32,000 bases of DNA, taken from Corynebacterium amycolatum. Lineage in GTDB: Bacteria; Actinomycetota; Actinomycetes; Mycobacteriales; Mycobacteriaceae. Location: the NCBI RefSeq assembly GCF_049243625.1, contig NZ_CP046975.1; one strand, 5' to 3'. The position numbers and the translations under genes were made by a program. The notes under the pieces were generated by a model. The model was not told the DNA's origin. It saw only the letters and a list, made by a program, of their open reading frames with translations, and did no database searches. This document shows, piece by piece, positions 11,001 to 16,154 of the stretch (its first letter is position 1; every line of letters starts with the position of its first letter).

Positions 11001-11243
11001 CAAGCGATAGTGCAGCACGATGGCGCTGAGGCTGCGGAACGCTGGCGTAGCGCGGCGCACAACCGCGAAGCGGCTGGTCTGCGTCGCATTGATGAGGCTA
11101 TTTACGGTGGGGAAACTCTCTACGAGCGTCCACGCGAGCGAAACCTGGCGGACGGTGGTCGGTTCGGTTCACCCGCTGCATTGGAAAAGGCCGTTCTGCT
11201 TTCCGATGGCGCCCGTCTGATCGATGGTGTCCTCCAGCCATGA
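2097..11243 (+). CDS. fas: Type I multifunctional fatty acid synthase (FAS-I)
   Basis: 3048-aa ORF. An in-frame TGA at 2040-2042 leaves ATG 2097 as the first start. Motifs in order: acyltransferase GHSQG (Ser codon 2532-2534); FMN-type enoyl reductase GGHHSWEDLDD (~3720-3750); hot-dog dehydratase GDRNPIHVD (His codon 5661-5663); malonyl/palmitoyl transferase GHSVGEY (Ser codon 6279-6281); ACP DGVSSRRNQLLLDLG (Ser codon 7446-7448); ketoreductase VTGASPNSIGSA (~8380-8410); ketosynthase AACATA (Cys codon 10173-10175) plus HDTSTNAND and GHAKGGAAA. This is the AT-ER-DH-MPT-ACP-KR-KS order of corynebacterial and mycobacterial FAS-I. Confidence 0.97.
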   Translation: MFSFRTPQDKDLSHVKYEKLATLQTNVVNAPDLGTFAVTFAGQSQPWLDTLSSVMASGNSKKLREVFTRAEELLAPLDDDLIGQLPAGFDPFGWAISLVTDDPFTGDTTNPAVSVPGIVLAQLGIVELLAKQGINIDDAIAVTGHSQGVLTAEIVAHPEKAAELLALARLIGVACARGSRVAGFGRAPMMSISGLTVEELEPFLSQDCVIGLKNTQTTSVVIGKQDELEQLAEQLTAQQQKGRAVECTVLPVSGAFHHPALAPAAAWVVERAERIGLDAETADWLARAILVDSSDWSAEVRGLIDQGATTILDLGPHTGVVKLTERNAEGYGVAVIAAATAAGRSILSESDIEYPTSWLEFAPRLVTGVKPRVETKFTKLTGRSPILLGGMTPTTVDPEIVAAAANAGFWAELAGGGQVTPEIFEANVARLSELLEEGRSAQFNTMFLDPYLWGLHIGSRRLLPRAVAAGRPIDGVTISAGIPEVDEAVELVKQLREGGIPYISFKPGTIAQIESVLEIADTLAQHGTPYPIIMQVEGGRAGGHHSWEDLDDLLINTYAKIRRRDVVLAVGGGIGKPEQSRDYLMGTWSTRYGLAPMPVDAVIIGTAAMAAKESTASESVKQMLVDTVGTDNWIPAGSAMDGMASGRSQLGADIHEIENAAARAGRLLDEVAGDLTKVTERRAEIIEAINSTAKPYFGDVSTMTYAEVLNRYLELCAPEGTFLDPTWSTRFVALVDRVEARLSAVDAGTFAALADGDSLRTQPRSEISRLSGLLDLDTQLHPADVTFFISELCRTPGKPVPFVPVIDAEVRRWWRSDSLWQAHDSRYDADQVCIIPGPQAVSGITRANEPVAEILGRFEKATAQALMDTGYLPEVPVDALSRMLAAPVIWWAGRQQPNPALALGAEHEWVCVSDASDVSRSQRLEHPGTGAILEIIGADGSNDEGGEDLVWAQLTVPLPDAAGENTKLRIRLCQSAAVGAVPVVKHEDAAAAMRELTRIAAGGELANVVDGVAEWESVWDPMAMADYDAVTIAAAGDESQAAVPDALVGHAWPAIFAAVAQARTETGIDVVEGMLALVHLEHHIRMIGALPQKTTTLRISARVDEIVDTDLGRLVVVRAEVRDGDTLLATLSECFAIRGRNGGETARTNTVPFPTVTDTPRSFRGALTVEAPKAMEPFSCVTGDRNPIHVDSRAAALAGLPGVIVHGMWLSAMAEHAAVATSDAGIGNRVIEFTATMLSPVLPGQEVKFSVERRGFDDRPGAGEVREVTATVDGELVLTATAVIAAPKTAYVFPGQGIQSQGMGLSARTRSVAARRVWDQADAMTREKLGFSVLAIVRDNPVEVVVDGVRYFHPEGVLNLTQFTQVAMATLGLAQVAELREAGLLDETAHFAGHSVGEYNALAALAGALDADAVLEVVYRRGLTMHELVERDEQGRSNYGLCALRPDKIGVGEDEVTEFVNRLSQEIGEFLEVVNLNLAGKQYAVAGTVAGLAALAEQCERRSSDGKGYVRIPGIDVPFHSSVLRDGVDSFRKHLERLLPAEIAPELLVGRYIPNLTATSFELTEKFVRQMAAVVDSDILENILADFDSAAENPARLARMLLVELLAWQFCSPVRWIETQDLLLEDLGVSRIVEVGVGTAPTLANLAARTCQLPRHRSRDIRVLNLERDADAVFMRDQIQPEKTEPESEVTTEQDSAQALSGESGAAGETGEAGAAAPTVSPDQSAATEQSTTITSAATPATEVADIAVSPAQALEVLICQWTKVRPDQLGAADSIETLVDGVSSRRNQLLLDLGVEFDLGSIEGAADAELADLKDKIDSLASAYSAFGPILSEAIADGIRRITGPAGAGANYLDDYVLGEWQLGKGWATAVSAEVMLGTREGASLRGGDLAHLAPAAPTNTAELNQLIDEAILAVATQRGVAVAKPSASDSGAGVVDSAALTEFADKLTGQRGILATAARTILEQLGHEITDDIDFDAEDADSNLVNLVTAELGADWPKLVTPTFTPTKAVLLDDRWATSRDDLARLWVAADGHVAGTAPGSIHETAVEQAQWWAAKADEAGRTQLASIYRQLADEVITNVDELPMSSDIAVVTGASPNSIGSAVTAQLLSQGATVVVTTSRLGRERLSFYKQLYRVNAQGEAKLWVVPANLSSFQDLDSLIDWIGTEQTTTIGAEVVVTKPALSPTLLFPFAAPTVSGSLADAGPASETQMRLLLWSVERLIAGMSALGVDNNLQHRLHVVLPGSPNRGRFGGDGAYGEAKAALDAVVARWNVEDAWRTRTTLAHAQIGWVRGTNLMGGNDPLVAAVEAKGVRTFSTEEMAAELIELASSETRKNAQTRPIQADLTGGLGDVDLNIAQLAQEAAQAAGLSAQNSEVASGARSQEPSSSRVLSSLPSPRRPISQTTPTFGDIAAAPEDMVVIVGAGELGPYGSSRTRFEAEVDDISAAGIVELAWSMGLISYEGGWRDADGQPLAESDIASRYRDEVLARVGVRRYADDGDLVDNTMTELTTVYLDRALSFAVRDRAAAETFVSSNPDNTTASFDAETGQWLVTRAAGTPVQVPRRMAMSRYVGGQIPQGFDPARYGIPADMMDNLDRVSLWNIVCTVDAFLSSGFSPAQLLEAVNPARVSSTQGTGIGAMESLRSLYIDGLLGQPRANDVLQEALPNVIAAHVMQSYVGGYGQMIHPVAACATAAVSVEEGVDKIALGKADFVVAGGFDDLSAEGITGFGDMAATADSATMEDKGIDHAYFSRPNDRRRGGFVESQGGGTVLLARGDIARDMGLPVLGVVAYAQSFADGAHTSIPAPGLGALAAAQGGEKSRLARALAALDVTGDQVAVLSKHDTSTNANDPNESELHERIADELGRERSNPLLVVSQKSLTGHAKGGAAAFQIIGLTQVLRSGIVPGNRSLDCVDPALAEHSRLVWPTKAVNFGNTLPLKAGFVTSLGFGHVSALVAVVHPEAFYQAIVQHDGAEAAERWRSAAHNREAAGLRRIDEAIYGGETLYERPRERNLADGGRFGSPAALEKAVLLSDGARLIDGVLQP

Positions 11244-11644
11244 TTGGCGTAGACCTCGTCTATATTCCGAGCTTCGAAGAGCAGCTGAATATGCCAGGAA
11301 GTCAGTTCGCGCAGGCGGTTTTCACACCGGCTGAGCTACTGATAGCAAAGCGCCGCGGAGCAGTCGGCGGCGCGCTGGCGCGTCACTTAGCGGGCCGCTG
11401 GGCTGCGAAGGAAGCCTTCATCAAGGCCTGGTCGCAGACTATCTTCGGCAGCCAGCCGCCGATTGCGCGAGATCGGCTGGACTGGCGGGAAATAGAGGTG
11501 CAGCCGGATGCCTACGGTCGCGTGAGCATCAGTCTCCACGGAGCTGTAAGCCGCCATTTCCACGATCAGGAGTGGCAGCTGGGGCCGTCGTTAAGCATCT
11601 CGCACGACGGCGACTACGCAATCGCCGTCGTACGCTTGGACTAG
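11240..11644 (+). CDS. acpS: Holo-ACP synthase (4'-phosphopantetheinyl transferase, AcpS type)
   Basis: 134 aa. Starts MIGVDLV, and contains GRWAAKEAFIKAW and ISHDGDYAIAVV, typical of AcpS. Its ATG overlaps the fas stop in an ATGA (11240-11243). This is the conserved fas-acpS arrangement of Mycobacteriales. Confidence 0.9.
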   Translation: MIGVDLVYIPSFEEQLNMPGSQFAQAVFTPAELLIAKRRGAVGGALARHLAGRWAAKEAFIKAWSQTIFGSQPPIARDRLDWREIEVQPDAYGRVSISLHGAVSRHFHDQEWQLGPSLSISHDGDYAIAVVRLD

Positions 11645-11656
11645 TCCGGCGCGGTG

Positions 11657-13405
11657 CTAATCGACGGACTTTTGACGGCGACCGACCAGGATGCCAGCAC
11701 CGAAGATTAGCGCGCCCAGGATTGCGCCGGTTCCGGCGACTGCGGCGGTTTGGAGCGGGGAATTGGTCGCGGCCTGCTGAGTCTGCACAACTTCGTCGAG
11801 CCCATTACCGGAAGCGTTGGACTTTGCGGAAGCCTTGCCAGATGCCTTGGATGCGCCGCTGGCCTTGGACTCTCCGGTCTTGGAGGCACCGGCCTTCACA
11901 GCTTCTTCGCGTTCCTTGGCGGAGCCACCGACGCTGAGATCCGTGGCCGTGTCCTGGCTGCGGTCGGAAGAACCATGTGCAGCAAAGGTGTAGAGTGCGC
12001 AGTCATTTTCGACGCAGTTGGCGGCCGAGGTGACGGCCTCGACATTGAGCGTGGTAGAGAAGCTTCCGTCGGAGGACATCTGGGAGGTGCGGACAAACTC
12101 AGCGGCGGAGAAAGCATCAGCGTTGGTGGTGGAGAACTTGTTCTTCTCAGCCACTGCGACGTAGATGCCGTTGCCGCTGGTTTTGAATCCGGTGCCGGAG
12201 ACGGTAATTGCGGTGCTGCCCGATGGGTTCAGTTCCGTGGTGGACAGGCTTACCGCCGGGGTTCCGGTCGAGGAGCTGCTGTCGTTGGAGCTGCTGGAGC
12301 TGCTAGAGCCGCTGGAACCGGTGGTGCTACTCGACCCACTAGACCCTGTGCTGCCACTGGCGCTGGAGCTTGCGCTGCCGGCGGACTGTGAGGAGCCACC
12401 GCCGGACGGCAGGGTAGCGTCCTGCTTAGCAGCTCCGCCGGCAAACGATACTGCTGTCGCTGTGTCCTGGCTGCGGTCGGAAGAACCGTGAGCAGCAATG
12501 GTGTAGACCGAGCAAGCGTTCTGCATGCAGTCTGCCGTGCCAAACTTCGCGCTGACCGGAAGATCCACGCTGAAGCTGCCGTCGGACTTCAGGTTGCCGC
12601 GAGAGGTAGACACAAACTTGGTATCCGGGCCGAAGGAATCGGCGTTGGTCACATCCATCTGGTCATTTTGCGCGATACCGACGTAGATGCCCGGTCCAGA
12701 GGTCTTGAATCCCTTGCCTTCAACTCGAATGGTGTCGCCGCTCGGGTTCAAGTCTGAGGTCTTGGACAGGCTCACCAATGCGCTACCTCGTGACTGCGAC
12801 GGTGACTGTGCGCCCGAACCAGTGCTCTGGCCACCACTCGGTGCCGCGCCGGTGGAACCCTGCGATTGAGCAGCCTGGGAAGTAGCACCCGCCTTGAAAG
12901 TGATGGGGACCCACTGGTCATTGCTGCGGTCAGAAAGATTAGGGAACGCAGTAAAGGAGGCTACGTAGCACTGGGTGGAGGTGCAGTCGACATCGCCAAA
13001 GCTGGTCGCGACTTTCATCTCCTGCGTAAAACTTCCGTCAGCGCCGACCGTGACCTTGGCCGCTTCGCCATAGGTCGAGGGGTAGCCCGACTTTGGCTTC
13101 TCGATTGTCTGGGCCAGGTAAATATTTGCGTTAGCGGGGTAGCCGACTCCCTTGATGGTCACGGTGGCGCCGTCGGAAAGATCAGTGGCAGGGGTCACGG
13201 AGAGCTGGCGCTCAGACTGATCGATGCTACCGCCGAGAAGGTCACCGATGCCGGGGAGCGAACCGCCGAGCTGTCCAATCGATGGCAGCGACTGTGCCGA
13301 TGCGGGGACTGCGGGTAGAAATCCCGTACTCACTACGATTGCCGAAGCTAGAACAATAGAGCGGGGAAGCAGGCTCCGTCGGAAAGCGCCCTGCGTCGTG
13401 GACAT
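11657..13405 (-). CDS. Secreted membrane-anchored surface protein with three neocarzinostatin-like (Ig-fold) repeats
   Basis: 582 aa. Signal peptide ends ...PAVPASA-QS. Three about 105-aa repeats (aa 67-170, 209-321, 384-491), each with G-x-G-(F/Y), a C-x4-C pair and a ...SDRS(N/Q)D...(I/V/L)(T/S)(F/V) ending. These resemble the neocarzinostatin apoprotein pattern SGLSDGTVVKVAGAG ... VDCTTAACQVGLSD...VAISF. Ser/Gly linkers separate the repeats. The C-terminus has a hydrophobic helix plus RRQKSVD. RBS AGAGG lies 5 nt upstream of the ATG. Confidence 0.85.
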   Translation of the reverse strand: MSTTQGAFRRSLLPRSIVLASAIVVSTGFLPAVPASAQSLPSIGQLGGSLPGIGDLLGGSIDQSERQLSVTPATDLSDGATVTIKGVGYPANANIYLAQTIEKPKSGYPSTYGEAAKVTVGADGSFTQEMKVATSFGDVDCTSTQCYVASFTAFPNLSDRSNDQWVPITFKAGATSQAAQSQGSTGAAPSGGQSTGSGAQSPSQSRGSALVSLSKTSDLNPSGDTIRVEGKGFKTSGPGIYVGIAQNDQMDVTNADSFGPDTKFVSTSRGNLKSDGSFSVDLPVSAKFGTADCMQNACSVYTIAAHGSSDRSQDTATAVSFAGGAAKQDATLPSGGGSSQSAGSASSSASGSTGSSGSSSTTGSSGSSSSSSSNDSSSSTGTPAVSLSTTELNPSGSTAITVSGTGFKTSGNGIYVAVAEKNKFSTTNADAFSAAEFVRTSQMSSDGSFSTTLNVEAVTSAANCVENDCALYTFAAHGSSDRSQDTATDLSVGGSAKEREEAVKAGASKTGESKASGASKASGKASAKSNASGNGLDEVVQTQQAATNSPLQTAAVAGTGAILGALIFGAGILVGRRQKSVD

Positions 13406-13564
13406 GTAAACCTCTGATTCTGTTTGGGAGTTCCGGCGCAGGCACGGCGAAAAACAAGCAACCCCACCGCGCTGACCAGAGTAAAGCGTAAACTAAGGCA
13501 AGCCTACCCTCCGCGTATTGGTAAGGGCAATAAATGCCCCTGCCGAGGTGAGGAGGGGAGCTTT

Positions 13565-14224
13565 CTAGTCTGCTGCTTCTGCGACGCTCATGAGATAAGA
13601 GATAGTCATGCGTTTGATTTCCTGCACCGTCAGCTCGTAATGAGCTTCCCGTTCAGCATCACTTCCCGGATGGTCAACCGCATAATTCAGCAGGGCGTAC
13701 GTCGCGTTAATCATGAGGTCGGAGATGAAATTCAGTTCCGCATCGCTTGACGACGGCACCAGCGGGCGCAGCACCTTTGAAATCTCGGTGACCAGGCGTG
13801 CCTTCGTATCTTCTGCGGTCGCGCGTGTAGCGGGCGTCGATTGAACGGCCAGCCATACGGCTCTTCTAGAAACGTCCTCGCGCCACAGTTTTGCCAGGTG
13901 GTCGATGAACTCCGAGAGAAACTCCGGCCATTTCAGGGTGGGGACTGTTTCACCGAAGCGTGAGACTTCCTCAATGACGGCCTCGGTGTCCTGACGGTCG
14001 AGCTCGCAGATCATCACATACTTGTTTGCGAAAAATTGGTAGAGCGTGCCAATGGGGATATCGGCAAGGCGAGCGACTTCGTCGAAAGTGAAAGACTCAA
14101 ACCCGTGCTCGATGAGCACTGTGCGTGCCGAGCTGAGCATGCGTGCGTACCGCTCTCGGCTGCGTTGTTGAGCCGGAGTGCGACGGGGACGAAGAATATT
14201 CGGTGCGTCCTGGGATTGAGTCAC
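13565..14224 (-). CDS. TetR/AcrR family transcriptional regulator
   Basis: 219 aa. N-terminal HTH FESFTFDEVARLADIPIGTLYQFFANKY is typical of the TetR_N domain; the C-terminal half is helical and variable. Confidence 0.9.
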   Translation of the reverse strand: MTQSQDAPNILRPRRTPAQQRSRERYARMLSSARTVLIEHGFESFTFDEVARLADIPIGTLYQFFANKYVMICELDRQDTEAVIEEVSRFGETVPTLKWPEFLSEFIDHLAKLWREDVSRRAVWLAVQSTPATRATAEDTKARLVTEISKVLRPLVPSSSDAELNFISDLMINATYALLNYAVDHPGSDAEREAHYELTVQEIKRMTISYLMSVAEAAD

Positions 14225-14299
14225 TACTACGAAACCGTCTAATCGGGATGATATGAGATGAGAGTTTGGGGCCGGGGCCAGAGCAGGTCTTGCGACAAG

Positions 14300-14827
14300 C
14301 TAGCTGTCGGAAGCCTGTGATTCCACGCCCAAATCACGCAGTACTCGCTGGACGTGCCCCTTGGCACGAACGTTGTACCAGGCCTTTTCAATTTCTCCTT
14401 CGGCATTAACCAGGAAAGTCGAGCGGATGACGCCCTGGACAACCTTGCCGTAGTTCTTCTTCTCGCCGAAAGCGCCGAACGCGGTCATAGTTTCTTTGTC
14501 CGGATCGGACAGGAGGGTGAAGTTCAAGCCGTGGTCCTCACGGAAGTTTGCGAGTTTTGCCGGCTTGTCCGGAGAAATACCTACAACAGGAATGCCGGCA
14601 TCGTTCAGGGCTGCGGATTCATCGCGGAAGTCGCATGCCTCAGTGGTGCAGCCTGGGGTGTTGGCCCGCGGGTAGAAGTAAATCAGCACTGGCTTGCCCG
14701 CGTAGTCCGACAGAGAAACCTGCTCGTCGGCGTCGTTGAGAAGAGTAAACGCCGGGGCAGGATCGCCAGCTTCCAATCGGATGTTGTTCTGGCCGTATTC
14801 TTTGTCGCTGGAGGAAGAAGTAGTCAT
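14300..14827 (-). CDS. bcp: Peroxiredoxin, Bcp type (thiol peroxidase)
   Basis: 175 aa with the AhpC/TSA active-site block VLIYFYPRANTPGCTTEACDFRD (peroxidatic and resolving Cys in a PGCTxxxC arrangement). Confidence 0.9.
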   Translation of the reverse strand: MTTSSSSDKEYGQNNIRLEAGDPAPAFTLLNDADEQVSLSDYAGKPVLIYFYPRANTPGCTTEACDFRDESAALNDAGIPVVGISPDKPAKLANFREDHGLNFTLLSDPDKETMTAFGAFGEKKNYGKVVQGVIRSTFLVNAEGEIEKAWYNVRAKGHVQRVLRDLGVESQASDS

Positions 14828-14840
14828 GGCTTAATCGTAT

Positions 14841-14873
14841 CGACTCTGGAGCGGTGCGTGGCGACTCTGAAGC
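14841..14873. repeat. Two copies of a 12-bp direct repeat CGACTCTG(G/A)AGC, 21-bp period, in the bcp/DUF3618 divergent promoter region
   Basis: Copies at 14841-14852 and 14862-14873, 11 of 12 identical. Copy 1 abuts a TACGAT -10-like hexamer (minus strand, plus coordinates 14834-14839) that ends 6 nt before the bcp ATG. Confidence 0.6.
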
Positions 14874-14976
14874 AATGCATTGAGTTTTTCCCGTGCTCGC
14901 CCACGTTGCTGTAGCGGAAGTGTTAGTCTTTTAGGCGAACAATCACTTTAGATATTCAACTTTTTAGGGAGTTTAC

Positions 14977-15258
14977 GTGGCTCGCAGCATTGAAGATATC
15001 CAGCGCGATATTGAGCGTAACCGTAACCAGCTCGCCCGTACTCTGGATGAGCTAACCGTGCGAACGAATCCGAAGAACGTTGCGGATGACGCAAAGACCC
15101 GTGTTTTCGATGCTCTGAATGAGCCTAAGGTGCAGGCAGCACTGGGTGTCGTTGCCGCACTCGTTGTTGGCGGCATCGCAATGGGCATTCGTCGTAACCG
15201 CAATCGCAGCAAGGAAATCGACCGCATTCGCGAGATGATTGAGACTGCTGCTAAGTAG
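14977..15258 (+). CDS. DUF3618-type small membrane protein
   Basis: 93 aa with a GTG start preceded by TAGGGAG. The N-terminal SIEDIQRDIERNRNQLARTLDELTVRTNPKNV matches the DUF3618 pattern. It is followed by one TM helix (AALGVVAALVVGGIAMGI). Confidence 0.8.
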   Translation: MARSIEDIQRDIERNRNQLARTLDELTVRTNPKNVADDAKTRVFDALNEPKVQAALGVVAALVVGGIAMGIRRNRNRSKEIDRIREMIETAAK

Positions 15259-15270
15259 TTTTCAGTAATT

Positions 15271-15315
15271 AGCGCACGTGCTTCGGGTGGTTACCTGGGG
15301 TCGTGCGCTTTTGCG
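15271..15315 (+). terminator. Candidate intrinsic terminator of the DUF3618 gene
   Basis: AGCGCACG (15271-15278) pairs with CGTGCGCT (15302-15309) and is followed by TTTGCG. The 23-nt loop lowers confidence. Confidence 0.4.
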
Positions 15316-15375
15316 TATCTAATCCCTTTTTGAGTCAGGCGTGGGGCACAAGTTGGCGACTGCGCTTGTTATGCA

Positions 15376-15412
15376 ACAAAAAGACCGGGAAGGTATTTCT
15401 ACCTTCCCGGTC
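15376..15412 (-). terminator. Rho-independent terminator downstream of tRNA-Lys
   Basis: 13-bp perfect stem GACCGGGAAGGTA / TACCTTCCCGGTC (15383-15395 / 15400-15412) with loop TTTC. On the minus strand it is followed by TTTTTGTTG. Confidence 0.75.
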
Positions 15413-15419
15413 TGTATCG

Positions 15420-15492
<73 letters not shown>

Positions 15493-15548
15493 TTACTGTT
15501 TCCTGCTTGGTGCTCTCTGTGTGAGCTCCTCCCCGGCAACGAGAAGAT

Positions 15549-15577
15549 ATATAACCAGGTTTCTGATTGTTTGTAAA
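15549..15577 (-). promoter_or_regulatory. Candidate sigma-A promoter of tRNA-Lys
   Basis: On the minus strand: TTTACA (15577-15572), a 17-nt spacer, then TTATAT (15554-15549), about 50 nt upstream of the mature tRNA 5' end. An A/T-tract-rich region lies immediately upstream. Confidence 0.4.
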
Positions 15578-15644
15578 ATCGGCTGGTCAGGTGCTGTTTT
15601 TGAGCTGACGTTTTTGCATGTTTTTTGAAGGGTTTTGTGCAACC

Positions 15645-15677
15645 GTTTGAAAAAAGTTCAAAAAAAGTTTGAAAATC
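15645..15677. repeat. Three tandem 11-bp A-tract repeats GTTYRAAAAAA
   Basis: GTTTGAAAAAA (15645-15655), GTTCAAAAAAA (15656-15666), GTTTGAAAATC (15667-15677). The A-tracts are phased at about one helical turn, roughly 70-100 bp upstream of the candidate tRNA-Lys -35. Confidence 0.8.
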
Positions 15678-15741
15678 CTCAAAGTGGGGTGGGGTTGTAT
15701 CAAGGTCATCAACGCCGGGAGCGTGCATTGATGCCGTAGGT

Positions 15742-15790
15742 ACGTTCGGTGACGTTCGGCGGTGTTTAGTAACGTCCGGTAACGTCCGGT
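15742..15790. repeat. Four direct repeats ACGTYCGGY on a 10-bp grid
   Basis: ACGTTCGGT 15742, ACGTTCGGC 15752, ACGTCCGGT 15772, ACGTCCGGT 15782. Offsets of 10, 20 and 10 bp place all copies on one face of the helix. The region has no credible ORF. Confidence 0.8.
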
Positions 15791-16154
15791 GGCACTTTTG
15801 AATAGCGAACTGATTACTTTTCGGTAACGCAGCCTCAAAGGTGCATCGTTTTCCCAGGTCGGTTGAAGTGCCCCGGTTTTTGGGGGTTGCACAGCATTTT
15901 TCCAGAGGGTTAACTGTAGGAACCGTTGGGCTACTTTGCGTGCTGCGCCCTGTGAAGAGTTGAAAACTGCGATCGGGCAGTCATTACGGCTTTTTCAGCT
16001 AGGGCGGGCGTTTTATCGGCGGCTAGTGCCGTTGCAGGGTAGTCTGACCTTTTTCGAGGGCGCACCAGGGGCTGTAGCAGGACTCCGCTGTGTGTCACAG
16101 TGTGTCCCCGGGACTTACTACTTAATAATTGCACTGTTGGAGTGAAGCACGATC

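Noticed and set aside
11657-11760. Sortase (LPXTG/LAXTG) anchoring signal in the surface protein
   Set aside because: The C-terminus has the hydrophobic helix and basic tail of a sorting signal, but the preceding sequence (…ATNSPLQTAAVAGTG…) has no LPXTG or LAXTG motif. I therefore call it a C-terminal membrane anchor only.
15791-16154. Possible cyclic-di-AMP (ydaO-type) riboswitch upstream of the L,D-transpeptidase gene
   Set aside because: That riboswitch class is known upstream of actinobacterial cell-wall genes, so I looked for its hallmarks as I recall them (GGGGACCCA-like and ACCCGA boxes, CCGUCAGCUAACC-type 3' segment). None was found. A covariance-model scan would be needed to exclude it formally.
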